Shown here: positions 1 to 12,941 of the stretch, piece by piece
Numbering within the stretch: position 1 is the first letter of the stretch
How the letters are laid out: each line of letters opens with the position of its first letter
From: Squalus acanthias
Lineage: Eukaryota
NCBI GenBank assembly: GCA_030390025.1
Contig: CM059438.1
Location: forward strand, 55,740,001 to 55,804,000
Length of the DNA stretch: 64,000 nt
Direction: 5' to 3'
Program-made: the position numbers and the translations under genes
The notes under the pieces: generated by a model
Seen by the model: only the letters and a program-made list of their open reading frames with translations
The model's database searches: none
Told to the model about the DNA's origin: nothing

Positions 1-1158
1 TTGTAGATGGTACACACTGCAGCCACGGTACGCCGGTGGTGGAGGGAATGAATGTTTAAGGTGGTAGATGGGGTGCCAAGCGGGCTGCTTTGTCCTGGAT
101 GGTGTCGAGTTTCTTGAGTGTTGTTGGAGCTGCACTCATCCAGGCAAGTGGAGAGTATTCCATGACACTCCTTACTTGTGCCTTGTAGATGGTGGAAAGG
201 ATTGGGGAGTCAGGAGGAGAGACACTCACCACAGAATACCCAGCCTCTGACCTGCTCTTGTTGCCACAGTATTTGTGTGGCTGGTCCAGTTAAGTTTCTG
301 GTCAATGATGACCCCCAGGATGTTGATGGTGGGGGATTAGGCGATGGTAATGCCGTTGAATGTCAAGGGGTGGTGGTTAGACACTCGCTTGTTGGAAATA
401 GTCATTGCCTGGCACTTCTGTGGTGCGAATGTTACCTGAACATGCGGGCATGGACTGTTTCATTGTCTGAGGAGTTGTGAATGGCGCTGAACACTGTGCA
501 GTCATCAGCGAACATCCCCATTTCTGACCTTATGTTGGAGGGAAGGTCATTGATGAAGCAAATGAAGATGGTTGGGCCTAGGACACTGCCCTGAGGAACT
601 CCTGCAGCGATGTCCTGGGGCTGTGATGACTGACCTTCAACCACCACAACCATCTTCCTTTGTGCTAAGTATGACTCCAGCCAGTGGAGTGTTTTCCCCC
701 CCGATTCCCATTGACTTCAGTTTTACTAGGGCTCTTTAATGCCACACTCGGTTAAATGCTGCCTTGATGTCAAGGGCAGTCACTCTCACCTCACCTCTGG
801 AATTCAGCTCCTTTGTCCATGTTTGGACCAAGGCTGTAATGAGGTCGGGAGCCGAGTGGTATTGGCGGAACCCAAACTGGGCAGGTTATTGGTGAGTAAG
901 TGCCGCTTGATAGCACTGTCAATGACATCTTCCATCACTTTGCTGATGATTGAGAGTAGACTGATGGGGCGGTAATTGGCCGGGTTGGATTTGACCTGCT
1001 TTTTGTGGACAGGACATAGCTGGGCAGTTTTCCACATTGTCGGGTAGATGCCAGTGTTGTAGCTGTACTGGAACAGCTTGGCTAGAGGCGCGGCTAGTTC
1101 TGGAGCACAAGTCTTCAGCACGATAGCCGGGATGTTGTCAGGGCCCATAGCTTTTGCT
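1..1158 (-). mobile_element. Degenerate CR1/L2-type LINE RT fragment
   Basis: Broken ORFs with [24 protein letters not shown] and FADD motifs. Confidence 0.85.
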
Positions 1159-1159
1159 A

Positions 1160-1280
1160 ATTAACTGAATTTAAATTCCCCAGCTGCCGTGGTGGGATTT
1201 GAACTCACGTCTCTGGATCATTAGTCCAGGCCTCTGGATTACTAGCCCAGTGACATTACCACTATGCTACCGTTCCCAGT
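1160..1280 (-). mobile_element. tRNA-derived SINE head fragment
   Basis: Reverse complement resembles the SINE head at 5623-5710 (GGTAGCATAG..GTTCAAATCCCACCACGGCAGCTGGGGAATTTAAAT). Confidence 0.7.
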
Positions 1281-1363
1281 ATTTGAAAGGCAGAACAGGT
1301 TCGAGGGGTTGAATGGCCTCCTCCTGTTCCTAGCTCGTGTAAAGTTAAACACAAGGTACAAAC

Positions 1364-1551
1364 CTCAGCTGAAAGAAGACGTCCTCATCCACAAATCCAA
1401 ACGTGTCGTGAAGCTTGGTTACAACTCCGGTGAAGACCCGCTGTTTCTGGGGCTGGGTTTGCTGCTGTGTGGCCCGGGGTGTTGGGTAAGAGACGGTGAT
1501 TTGTGCTGTTGTCTGCGGGGCGTTGAGGTTTGTGGGTAGAGCCACTGCTGG
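1364..1551 (-). CDS. CCAR1: CCAR1 coding exon, start of the S1-like domain (PAVALPT...QKQRVFTGVVTKLHDTFGFVDEDVFFQL)
   Basis: Acceptor GTTTTTTAG|, donor AG|GTTTGT; 188 nt. Contains the conserved QRVFTGVVTKLHDTFGFVDEDVFFQL motif. Confidence 0.96.
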
Positions 1552-2755
1552 CTAAAAAACAAGTGTCCCAATTAGACACGGAAACAATTAGGGCTCACAG
1601 AACACGGCTCAAAGTCTTCAACTCCATAAAATCTGACAAATCACATTTCAACATACCAGAGCACTGTTTAACACACACAGCAACCTTTATCACAAGGGAA
1701 AGGCGCCAAATGACTAACTCATTCCTTTTGCGTATTGAGTGAACCAATTCACATTGAAAGAGGGTGGAATATTACGTGTGACAATCATTCTCTTTGCAAA
1801 GTAACTTGTCCTTGCAGATGCCAGAGGGCTCAGTGGGTGCACTCCACAGCTTGGCACTGAGCTAGCCAGACCAGAAGGTGACAGGTCTGACTCCCAGTCT
1901 CTGCCGAAGCGAGCTGATCTCAAGCAGGACAGCAGTAGGGGGCACGCCACTGTGCTTCACCATCCTGGGTTAACAAGAGAAAAATAAAATCAGCCAGGGT
2001 TCCCAGTCCTGATGAGTGTCCAGGGGCTCCTGCTGGAAAGTGTATGCGTGTAGTGGTCGGGTGAAGACACGAGCAGGGTCGTCCATGAAACAGCCCATGG
2101 AGCAATAGCCTGTCAACACTTACTGTCTAAGCTCACACGTGGTGAGTGGACATTTGGCTGGGGTATCGGAAGGCTGGCAATGCTGTGGAACATTAGTCAG
2201 TGAGGAAAATTGGAATCTTTCCCCACTCCACATATAAAACATTCACGCACATTGAAAAGTGACCCCAAAGCAGAAAGCAGGACATGCAAGAAACAATGAC
2301 AATATATTGAAAGGATTTCTCATTACGATATTTTGATTCAAAATTGCTGTTCTCTTGAAATACAAAGAATAATCCAGGGTGACTGAAACCAAAGAAGCCC
2401 TCACCTTTTGTAGCATTTCTAAATGGGGTTTACATTCCTTAAAACCATTAACATTTTTGTAACAGCAGCACAATCACTAGAATATTTTTGACAAACTGGC
2501 ACACCTGGAAAAACATCAGTGCGTTGGACTTGTGGTGAAAGAGAAAATGCTGCAGCATCAGCTATCGAGCACTAGGGCACCACTCCTGCCAGAACTCAAG
2601 TATTACACCAACCAGATAGGCATGATAGCAAAATGACAGAAGATCTAAACACTGACACGTAGGTCCTGGACTAACATGCCTACAAGAAAACAATGGCACT
2701 CCTGAAATAAAGCCCACTTGTTCATCTACAATATAAGAATAAACGTTAAACTTAC

Positions 2756-2788
2756 TTGAGGAAGCAAAGCTTGTGGGGGCTGCTGCAG
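2756..2788 (-). CDS. CCAR1: CCAR1 33-nt micro-exon (LQQPPQALLPQ), not in the ORF track
   Basis: Acceptor CTCTTTTTCAG|, donor CAA|GTAAGT, phase 0-0. Fills the gap between the neighbouring exons (human LQQPQQTLLTQ as recalled). Confidence 0.88.
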
Positions 2789-3112
2789 CTGAAAAAGAGG
2801 AAAGTTAACACTTGTAACCAATTTCTTAAATGTTCAAGTCTTCAAAATGATCAACAGTAAACTCCAGGCTCTGATCATACAGCACTCCTCCAATGCCTAT
2901 GTAGAGGCACCAATTCCACTCCAGCAGTAGTGACTGCCTTTGATCTCAGGGACCAGAAGCAGTCAGACACCCAAAGTGTATGCTGTTAAATGTCACCAGT
3001 CTGCTCTGAGCTCATGGTCCAAACACTGACATATTGAGATCCAGACCGTGGAGGATTTGTCAAACAGTCAGTCAACAGGCCCTCCATAAACATTAAGATA
3101 AACCCAGAGCTC

Positions 3113-4763
3113 ATTAAGATGGAAAGTGAAGAAGTCCAATCCGAAACTAGGGTCCTAAATTTAAACAAAGGAAACTACGATGGTATGAGGAGTGAGTTGG
3201 CAATGATAGATTGGGAAGCTTCATTAAAAGGCATGACGGTGGATAGGCAATGGCTAACATTTAAGGAACAAATGCATGAATTGAAACAGTTATATGTTCC
3301 TTTCTAGCGCAAAAACACAAAAAGAAAAGCGGCCCAATCATGGCTAACAAAAGAAATTAAGGATAGTATTAGATCCAAAGAGGAGTCATATAAAGTTGCC
3401 AGAAAAAGTAGCCAGCCTGAGGATTGGGAGCAGTTTAGCGTTCAGCAAAAAAGGACCAAGAGATTGATTAAGAGGGGAAAAATAGAGTATGAGAATAAAC
3501 TTGCAAGGAACATAAAAGCGGACTGTAAAAGTTTCTACAAGTATGTAAAAAGAAAAAGATTAGTGAAGACAAATGTAGGTCCCTTACAGTCAGAAATGGG
3601 AGAATTTATAATGGGGAACAAGGAAATGGCAGAGCAATTAAACAGATACTTTGGTTCTGTCTTCACGGAAGAGGACACAAATAACTTCCTAGAAATGCTA
3701 CAACCAAGGGCCTAGTGAGAAGGAGGAATTAAAGGAAATTAGTATTAGTAAAAAAGAGCTGGAGAAATTAATGGGACTGAAAGCCAATAAATCCCCAGGG
3801 CCTGATAATCTGCATTCCAGAGTACTAAAAGAGGTAGCCATGGAAATAGTGGATGCATTGGTAATCATCTTCCAAAATTCTATAGATTATGGAACAGTTC
3901 TTGCAGATTGGAGGTGGCAAATGTAACCCCACTATTTAAAAAAGGAGGGAGAGAGAAAACAGGGAACTACAGACCAGTTAGCCTAACATCAGTAGTAGGG
4001 AAAATGCTAGAGTCTATTATAAAGGATGTGATAACAGGACACTTAGAAAATATCAACGGGATTAGACAAAGTCAACATGGATTTATGAAAGGGAAATCGT
4101 GTTTGACAAACCTACGGGAGTTTTTTGAGGATGTAACTGGTAGAATAGATAAGGGAGAACCAGTGGATGGGGTGTATTTGGATTTTCAGAAGGCCTTTGA
4201 TAAAGTCCCACATAAGAGGTTAGTGTGCAAAATTGAAGCACATGGGATTGGGGGTAATATACTGGCATGGATTGAAAATTGGTTAACAGACAGGAAACAG
4301 AGAGTAGGAATAAATGGGTCTTTTTCGGGGTGGCAGGCGGTGACTAGTGGGGTACCGCAGGGATCAGTGCTTGGGCCCCAGCTATTCACAATATATATCA
4401 ATGATTTGGATGAGGGAACCAAATGTAATATTTCCAAGTTTGCTGATGACATGAAACTAGGTGGGATTGTGAGTTGTGAGGAGGATGCAAAGAGGCTTCA
4501 AGGCGATTTAGACAAGTTGAGTGAGTGGGCAAATACATGGCAGATGCAGTATAACGGGGATAAATGTGAAGTTATCCACTTCGGTAGGAAAAACAGAAAG
4601 GCAGAGTATTATTTAAATGGTGATAGATTGGGAAATGTTGATGTACAAAGGGACCTGGGTGTCCTTGTACACCAGTCACTGAAAGCAAACATGCAGGTAC
4701 AGCAAGCAGTTAGGAAGGCAAATGGTATGTTGGCCTTCATTGCAAGAGGATTTGAGTACAGGA
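3113..4763 (+). mobile_element. CR1 LINE ORF2 fragment with stops and frameshifts
   Basis: ORFs 3119-4813 with [33 protein letters not shown] and FADD. Confidence 0.93.
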
Positions 4764-5622
4764 TTCTGCCCAAACATCGTGAAGACTGCTGGAAATGCCT
4801 AGCAGATGGCTGAGAGTGGGTCACATCAAAGTCTTTTTGGGGAGAGAAAATATCCTAAGCTCCCAAAACATTCAAAAGTCAGCTCCCTGGCCTGGCGAGA
4901 TGGCCCTCAGGGTAAGACTAATTTTCATACATTGGCCATCAATCGGAGTAGCATGACCTTATCTACTACATAATTGATCAGACAGCTCAATGAATGGATC
5001 GGTGGGGGTGGGGAACGGGTGGAGACGCGTCTTTTTGTGGCGGTAGTTTGATCCTGCCCCCTATCTCTTCCACTGGGGAAAGATACTGTAGCTGAGGTCT
5101 TTCTCCTCCATATCCTATTACACTCACTTCGTTAAAAATATCAGCAAGCAGACACAACAATCACTTAAAAACTTCCAGATAACAGAGGTCATGTATCAGC
5201 AAGATGGTTATCTGACCATTTTTGTGCTTCTTTAAATTGGTCATTTTGCTTCACACTTTTTCAGTTACATCTAATTGCTCGAAGGTTTTGATGGGGGAGT
5301 AGGGGATTCCCAATGGCTCAGGGCCAAAGGCACCACATGGTGTGGTACTGACACATACGGACCAAGAAGGTCTCTGTTTTGATTCCATTCTGAAGCAGCT
5401 AATCTTAGCCAGGATGGCAACGGATTTTGCGGGAGGCTATCAGTGTTCACCATTATTGAGTAAATCGGAGAGCAGCTTCCGGCAACCACACACGTGCAGT
5501 TAAACGTGGTGATCAGGAAGCTGCTGTCCAAGTTGCCCTGCTCCTCCAGAAGTTTTGCTATACTGGTATCTCGCTGAGAGACTTGGCATTGAAACACATG
5601 GAATGGCGTGAAGTTGCTGTAC

Positions 5623-5975
5623 GGGGTACGGTAGCATAGCGGTTATGTCACTGGACTAGTAATCCGGAGACGTGAGTTCAAATCCCACCACGGCAGCTGG
5701 GGAATTTAAATTTAGTTAAATAGAAAGCTAGTATCAGTAATGGGGACCAGAAACATTGTCGTAAAAACCCATCTGGTTCACTAATGTCCTTTAGGGAAGG
5801 AAATCTGCCGTCCTTACCCTAACTATATGCGACTCCAGACCCACAGCAATGTGGTTGACTCTTAACTGCCCTCTGAAATGGCCGAGCAAATCACTCAGTT
5901 GCTCACCCAGGACCTTCTCAAGGGCAATTACGGATGGGCAATAAATGCTGGCCTTGCCTGCGACGTGAATTAATT
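5623..5975 (+). mobile_element. tRNA-derived SINE with LINE-like 3' tail
   Basis: A/B-box-like head (GGTAGCATAGCGG...GTTCAAATCCC), tail GATGGGCAATAAATGCTGGCCTTGCC. Confidence 0.7.
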
Positions 5976-7524
5976 AAAAAAACTTACATGATAGATACAC
6001 ACTAAACTCGCTAGAAAAAGTGAGGACTTGTCCATTCCAGTGCAATAAATTTTTAATGGTGTGATAAGTCTTAATTACTGCCAAACCACCTCTCTGGTAC
6101 TATAAATTAACTTTTACAAACTTGGAGTCTCATTCCTTCAGATTTAAAAAAAAATTGTTTCATTAATTTTTTATTGTCTCTCTCTCTCTCAATCCTTTCT
6201 TTCCCTCTCTTTATTTCACTTTCTGTACATGATTTGGCATTGAATTAACTATTCTACCTGACACTTCCTGGTTCAGACACTGCGTGCCTCAGTAAGGAAT
6301 CTTCAATCTGATTGGTTGAAGGAGATCCCGATGGCTTTCAGCAAGGACACCTAGTCTGACCATGAACAGCCTGAATGTGCTGTCAGTCCAGTGACCCACC
6401 CGAGGGAGCGCCTTTTCCTGGCTGCCATCAGCGCAAGTCAAAGGCCCATACCTTTAGCGTTAGCACATTAGCAAACCAGATGGGACACTCAGTGCAAACT
6501 GTGAGGGGGAGTTGTGCTGTCTGCTGGTTGAAGGTTAACTCTGCCCCATTATCTGGAGGGGCCGGATTTTACCAGTCAATTCAAGGTGACTGTGGGACCT
6601 CTCTGTTGGAGTTTTTTTTAAATACAAATCAAGATTGGACACAAGAAAGAAAAGTGAAGTGTCCAAATGGGAGACATGGAAATGCCAGTGAGTTGACCAT
6701 TTAGGTTGATCAGGCAGCAACATGCTCGGACAACACAGCTGGAGGACAATTTGTTCACATGAGGAAAAGGCACAATTAAAACCAAATCTCTCACCCCAAT
6801 AGTGGTTGGGCCTAAGTTATGATGGTCCTCACTCGTCAGTAACACAGGAGCCCGAATGCTGCATGACCATGCAACTGCTGTCGTCACAAGTCCCATGTCT
6901 GTCTTGAGTGTGAAAAGACAAGCTCAAACAGCAGCATACATGTTTTTATATCTCTCAATACCAATGGCCTGGTTGTCCAGGCTCCTTCCATCAACCTACA
7001 TATTCCTGATGGGGTGGGATGGGGGCGGACATCAACGAATCCTCTATGACACTATGAGAAGATGGAAAGGCGCAGTGACAACTAAACAGGCTTCAATGAA
7101 GCTGGGTGTAACACTCCACTTAAAGATAAGTGAATAAAGCAAGGCTCTGAGAACATCAGAGTGAAGGAGGAGGCACATCAGGCCAAGCATCTTCAAGGAG
7201 CTGTGGTGCGCATGAATACCAAAACACTATACTGTAGTTGGAATAAGCAACAAATATCCACCAACACCAAAACTTCTTCAACTGAATCAGGTAAGATGAG
7301 GAAAGCATTGCGCCACTTCAAACTAGCCGATTTATAATGGAACAAAAATACCATCTGGACGGTTCTGAAGTATGAAAGTTCTGAAACACATGGCTTTCCC
7401 AGGAGGACACTGAGCCTATCTTGAAAATGTGCTGAATAAGGCCAAGAGGCAGAATCTGACAGCAAACAAAACACTCAGTGTAAATGGTTACAGGAGTTTA
7501 ACAGCTCGACAGCAAAACCCCATC

Positions 7525-7765
7525 ACTGCAAATGAGAATGTGGAACTCGCTACCACAGGGAGTGGTTGAGGCATTTAAGGGGAGGCGAGATAAGCATATG
7601 AGGGAGAAGGGAACAGAGGGGTATGCTGATAAAGTTAGATGAGGAAAGACGGGAGGAGGCTCGAGTGGAGCACAAATGCCGGCATGGACTGGTTGGGCCG
7701 AATGGCCTGTTTCTGTGCCGAATGGCCTGTTTCTGTGCCGTGTATCATTTATAATCCTATGTAAA
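7525..7765 (+). mobile_element. CR1 3'-end fragment
   Basis: GAGAATGTGGAACTCGCTACCACAGGGAGTGG...GGCCGAATGGCCTGTTTCTGTG; same family as 24440-24760 and 49381-49700. Confidence 0.8.
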
Positions 7766-8086
7766 AAGGGACAAACGCTGTAAATGCTGGAAACGTACAG
7801 AAGGTCAGTCAGCATCTGAAGGGGAAAGGTCGCTTCATGTTTTGGACGGGCACCATTCATGCAGAGGTTTTTTCAAATGATTATTGACCTGCTGTGTATT
7901 TTTATTAACTGAAAAAATTTATAATTCTCGCAACCAAATGTCAATCTTTATGAATTATTACTGCTGAAATTATCAGCAGACTGTAAGGGCAAAAATGACT
8001 TGCAAAGCTCAACCTTTACAAAAAAATTTTATCAGCAAACTGCTCCACTCACGCTATCTAAACTTCCGAGAATGAATGACACAAAC

Positions 8087-8131
8087 CTGTTGCTGGACAC
8101 TGTAAATGGTTTGTTGGGGTTGCTGATATTG
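8087..8131 (-). CDS. CCAR1: CCAR1 45-nt coding exon (QYQQPQQTIYSVQQQ)
   Basis: Acceptor TTTTTCAG|, donor CAG|GTTTGT, phase 0-0. Similar to human QYSQPQQALYSVQQQ as recalled. Confidence 0.9.
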
Positions 8132-9299
8132 CTGAAAAACAAAGAAGACAGCGTTGTGAAAACCAACAGATAGTGAAAATAACGGCATTCCTGCTGCCTT
8201 TACACACATGAAACTAAACCCCTCGCAGTACCTCTTCTGGCAGATTGACTGAAAACAAAATGGCTCCTGGAAGTGGTTCCTCAGACAACTGTCCACAAGA
8301 GCCCCTTCAACGCACAATTACACCTTTGGATATTTCTGCCCCATCCCCCCTCTAAGGGCTCCACAAATAACCGAGGTTCATCTTTGCTTTGCTGGGTGCT
8401 GAGATTTTGCCAAGATTCCCCACACAGTGAGCTCCCAATATTGGGCTGGCCATCGAGGGCAGAAGCATGGCTGTTTTCTATAGGAAAGGAGGGCAACATT
8501 GGAACCAGAGATAAGGACATTGCTTAAAATCTTGAATTTTAGTACAAGGGTTACAAGAGGCTAACGTAATTAAAGCACATTGTGGAAACGACAGCAGCAA
8601 GATTTCCCTCTAATTTAAGAAGCAGTCAATCAGTTGTATGGTTATTGTCAGTAATGCAATAAATCCCAACAGGCCACATTAACGCCGATCGTATCCTGGC
8701 AGTGCTGTCACTGGGCTCATTTAGTATATGGTACTAATACACTTTCAAATCTTGTGCCAATACGATACTTGGTGGATTCACCACCAGTGACAGGACTGCA
8801 CTCATCCTACTGTTATACGGCTTAAAATGCTCTCTCCGGACACAACCCAGGTTTGGAAGGACAAAATCTGTAATTGCCTTGCTAGGTTCTTCCCCCCCAC
8901 CCACCCACCCCCCCTCAGTCCAGTTCAGAGAGAGATTCACACTTCACCGAGCTCCTAGTGACAGCCCTGCCTGGTGGAGATAGTTGGAGAGCTATGTGTG
9001 AACACTTTCACCTGCAGGCTTGACATTGCCTGTCTAAATATTATGAGAACATCTCATTTAGCAAGTTACTTGAAAAAGAACACAGTTCCAGTGGGTAAAA
9101 GCTCTCTTGTATGCAGCATGCAACATCGCACACTTCTTGCAACACTTCGGTGTCACTTTTAACTATTTGTAACACCAAAGTTCTGATTGGTCCCCTTAGA
9201 GGGCAAGACCAGATTTCTGATTTATCCCCTTTGAGGACAAGACACACCCAGCAGTTTGTCTGGAATGTGTAATTAGATCCTGCCTGCCTGAGTAATCAA

Positions 9300-9490
9300 A
9301 TAAAAACAAAGTGCTGGAAACACTCAGCAGGTCAGGCAGCATCTGTGGAGAAACAGAGTTAACGTTTCAGGTCGATGACCTTTTGTCAAAACTGTTCCAA
9401 CGAAAGGTCATCAAGCAGAAACATTAACTCTCTTTCTCTCTCCACAGATGCTGCCTGACTTGCTGAGCATTTCCAGCACTTTCTGTTTAT
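9300..9490. repeat. About 190-bp fold-back (inverted repeat) element
   Basis: GTGCTGGAAACACTCAGCAGGTCAGGCAGCATCTGTGGAGA...GATGACC pairs with GGTCATC...TCTCCACAGATGCTGCCTGACTTGCTGAGCATTTCCAGCAC. Confidence 0.85.
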
Positions 9491-9739
9491 ATTTCTGTGT
9501 TTCCCCCTAATTTCTTTTGGGTGCGCGGTCCCTTTAACGGGCTGCATGGTGTCCTCCAGACAGCTGCACAGCTTATCGAGCGCAGGGGTGATGGGTGAAT
9601 GGGATTTGCATGTTAGGATACGTGCAGCAGAGTTTTGGATGAGCTCAAGTTAATTGAGGGTGGAAAATGGGAGGCTGGCCAGAAGAACATTGGAATAATG
9701 GAGTCTGGCAAATAACACATAAATGTAACATTACGCATC

Positions 9740-10965
9740 CCCCCCACCCCCGATCTCCTCTCTCTCCCCCCGCTCCGATCTCCCCTCTCTCCCCCCCTCC
9801 GATCTCCCCTCTCTCCCCCCCTCCGATCTCCCCTCTCTCCCCCCCTCCGATCTCCCCCCCTCCGATCTCCTGTCTCTCCCCCTCCGATCTCCTGTCTCTC
9901 CTCCCTCCGATCTCCTGTCTCTCCCCCCTCCGATCTCCTGTCTCTCCCCCCTCCGATCTCCTGTCTCTCCCCCCTCCGATCTCCTGTCTCCCCCCCCCNN
10001 NNNNNNNNNNNNNNNNNNNNNNNNNNNNNNNNNNNNNNNNNNNNNNNNNNNNNNNNNNNNNNNNNNNNNNNNNNNNNNNNNNNNNNNNNNNNNNNNNNNN
10101 NNNNNNNNNNNNNNNNNNNNNNNNNNNNNNNNNNNNNNNNNNNNNNNNNNNNNNNNNNNNNNNNNNNNNNNNNNNNNNNNNNNNNNNNNNNNNNNNNNNN
10201 NNNNNNNNNNNNNNNNNNNNNNNNNNNNNNNNNNNNNNNNNNNNNNNNNNNNNNNNNNNNNNNNNNNNNNNNNNNNNNNNNNNNNNNNNNNNNNNNNNNN
10301 NNNNNNNNNNNNNNNNNNNNNNNNNNNNNNNNNNNNNNNNNNNNNNNNNNNNNNNNNNNNNNNNNNNNNNNNNNNNNNNNNNNNNNNNNNNNNNNNNNNN
10401 NNNNNNNNNNNNNNNNNNNNNNNNNNNNNNNNNNNNNNNNNNNNNNNNNNNNNNNNNNNNNNNNNNNNNNNNNNNNNNNNNNNNNNNNNNNNNNNNNNCC
10501 CCTCCGATCTCCTCTCTCTCCCCCTCCGATCTCCTCTCTCTCCCCCTCCGATCTCCTCTCTCTCCCCCTCCGATCTCCTCTCTCTCCCCCTCCGATCTCC
10601 TCTCTCTCCCCCTCCGATCTCCCCTCTCTCTCTCCCTCCGATCTCCCCTCTCTCTCTCCCTCCGATCTCCTCTCTCTCCCCCTCCGATCTCCTCTCTCTC
10701 TCCCTCCGATCTCCTCTCTCTCTCCCTCCGATCTCCTCTCTCTCTCCCTCCGATCTCCTCTCTCTCTCCCTCCGATCTCCTCTCTCTCTCCCTCCGATCT
10801 CCTCTCTCTCTCCCTCCGATCTCCTCTCTCCCCCCCCTCCGATCTGCTCTCTCCCCACCCCTCCGATCTCATCTCTCTCTCTCCCCCTCCGATCTCCTCT
10901 CTCTCTCCCTCCGATCTCCTCTCTCTCCCCCTCTGATCTCCTCTCTCTCTCCCCCTCCGATCCCC
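9740..10965. repeat. About 22-bp pyrimidine-rich minisatellite (CCTCCGATCTCCTCTCTCTCC) spanning a 500-N assembly gap (9999-10498)
   Basis: Directly visible tandem units on both sides of the N run. Confidence 0.95.
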
Positions 10966-11856
10966 TCTCATCCACCCTCCCGCCCCCCCCCCCCCCACCG
11001 GCCACCAACCCGATTCCCCGACTCTCTCCGCATGGAGCGGAGGAAAGCATGGCGGGGCAGGCCGCCGCACCGTCTGGTACTGCGCTTGCGCGACCGGATC
11101 GAGCGAGAATGCGCGATACCAAACGGCCACACATGCACTGAGTCAAAAATGTGTTACAAATAATCACTCCGCAAATTTATTGTACCACATCTCATTGGTT
11201 CATTCTTCCCAAATGATTGACCCCGACCCCGGGTCCTCCACCTCTAACTTCCACTGATTCCGAGCTAAAACTAACTCAAAATAACTGAACAGCTCCCAGC
11301 CAGGAGTAAGTGTAGCAATGTTAACCTTTTTAAAGAATGATTTTGTAATTGGGGTAATTTACACTGTCTACCTCCTGTACTCGATTTTCTAACCAATGCA
11401 AAATAATCTTCAAGTGCTGAATGTTTCAGCTCCATCACTCCCAACTCTCCTGGTTCCACAAATCTGAATTGGTCAAACAAGGCTGCAACCTGCCCTGTAA
11501 CTGGCCCCAGCATGCATTTGAACGATGGCACCTTCCAGGCTGAAAGGGACATCCACTTTGCATCCTCTGACCTACAGTGAGTGACCACAACACACAACAT
11601 TCACTCATTACAAAAAATAGAAACTTCAGGACAAAAAGGGTTCACAGCCTCGAGGACACCAGAGTTCCATCCCAAACGAGATAGGTAAAGGAAAACTGGA
11701 CACTTGCTATTTTATTGTCTGCATTAACTTGACGTTAAGCACTGCAGAAGCCAATTGTCTGACTGTACCACATATCAAACACTGCACCAATCGAAGGACG
11801 CCACTGGATTTCTCTCGAACACTGTTGATGACACTCGGACGCTCCGACAAACCTAC

Positions 11857-12026
11857 CTGCTGCAGTGCTACAGCTGCGGCCGCTGCCTGCTGCTGTAGGG
11901 CCGCTGACTGCGTGAGCTGATAGCCTGTAGCTGTTTGGGTGGTGAGGCCTGCAGCAGCCAGGGCAGTCTGTTGGGTGTACATTGCTGGAGAGGCCCCAAG
12001 CAACGAGGGCTGAACACCAAGGGCAC
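11857..12026 (-). CDS. CCAR1: CCAR1 coding exon (GALGVQPSLLGASPAMYTQQTALAAAGLTTQT...AAAAVALQQ)
   Basis: Acceptor TTTCCATCAG|, donor CAG|GTAGG. 170 nt restores phase 0 after the 70-nt exon. Q/A-rich peptide matches CCAR1. Confidence 0.95.
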
Positions 12027-12285
12027 CTGATGGAAACAATACATTCAACGATCACAACAATGGTAGGGTCTTGTGTAATGGTTTCATTGTGTCATAACAT
12101 TACTGAGATCATACTGTAATCAGGATTAAATAACGACAATGGGCACTTCGTAAATAGAGGGCACACTTTAAACAAGGACAACAAATCCCAGCCTTGTGCA
12201 CCATGGACTGTTGTCCATATTTGTCCCACTGTGCCACACACCATCACTGTCCTGGTTCAAGGTCTCTGTTGCTTCTGGGAAAGAG

Positions 12286-12941
12286 CGGGGGGGGGGGAGG
12301 GGAGGAGAGGGGGGGGAGGAGGAGAGGGGGGGGGGAGGAGGAGAGGGGGGGGAGGAGGAGAGGGGGGGGAGGAGGAGAGGGGGGGGAGGAGGAGAGGGGG
12401 GGAGGAGGAGAGGGGGGGGAGGAGGAGAGGGGGGGGAGGAGGAGAGGGGGGGAGGAGGAGAGGGGGGGAGGAGGAGAGGGGGGGAGGAGGAGAGGGGGGG
12501 AGGAGGAGAGGGGGGGAGGAGGAGAGGGGGGGGAGGAGGAGAGGGGGGGGAGGAGGAGAGGGGGGGGAGGAGGAGAGGGGGGGGGAGGAGGAGAGGGGGG
12601 GAGGAGGAGAGGGGGGGAGGAGGAGAGGGGGGGAGGAGGAGAGGGGGGGAGGAGGAGAGGGGGGGAGGAGGAGAGGGGGGGAGGAGGAGAGGGGGGGAGG
12701 AGGAGAGGGGGGGAGGAGGAGAGGGGGGGAGGAGGAGAGGGGGGGAGGAGGAGAGGGGGGGAGGAGGAGAGGGGGGAGGAGGAGAGGGGGGAGGAGGAGG
12801 AGAGGGGGAGGAGGAGGAGAGGGGGGGAGGAGGAGAGGGGGGGAGGAGGAGAGGGGGGGAGGAGGAGAGGGGGGGGAGGAGGAGAGGGGGGGGAGGAGGA
12901 GAGGGGGGGGAGGAGGAGAGGGGGGGGAGGAGGAGAGGGGG
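12286..12941. repeat. Pure purine G/A tandem repeat (GnAGGAGGAGA, about 15-17 bp)
   Basis: About 650 bp containing only G and A. Confidence 0.95.

Noticed and set aside
5623..5710. tRNA gene
   Set aside because: The tRNA-like A/B boxes continue into a SINE body and do not form a full cloverleaf.
12050..12130. Possible intronic C/D snoRNA (human CCAR1 hosts SNORD98)
   Set aside because: No convincing box C/box D pair with a terminal stem; the host intron is probably further downstream, outside the window.
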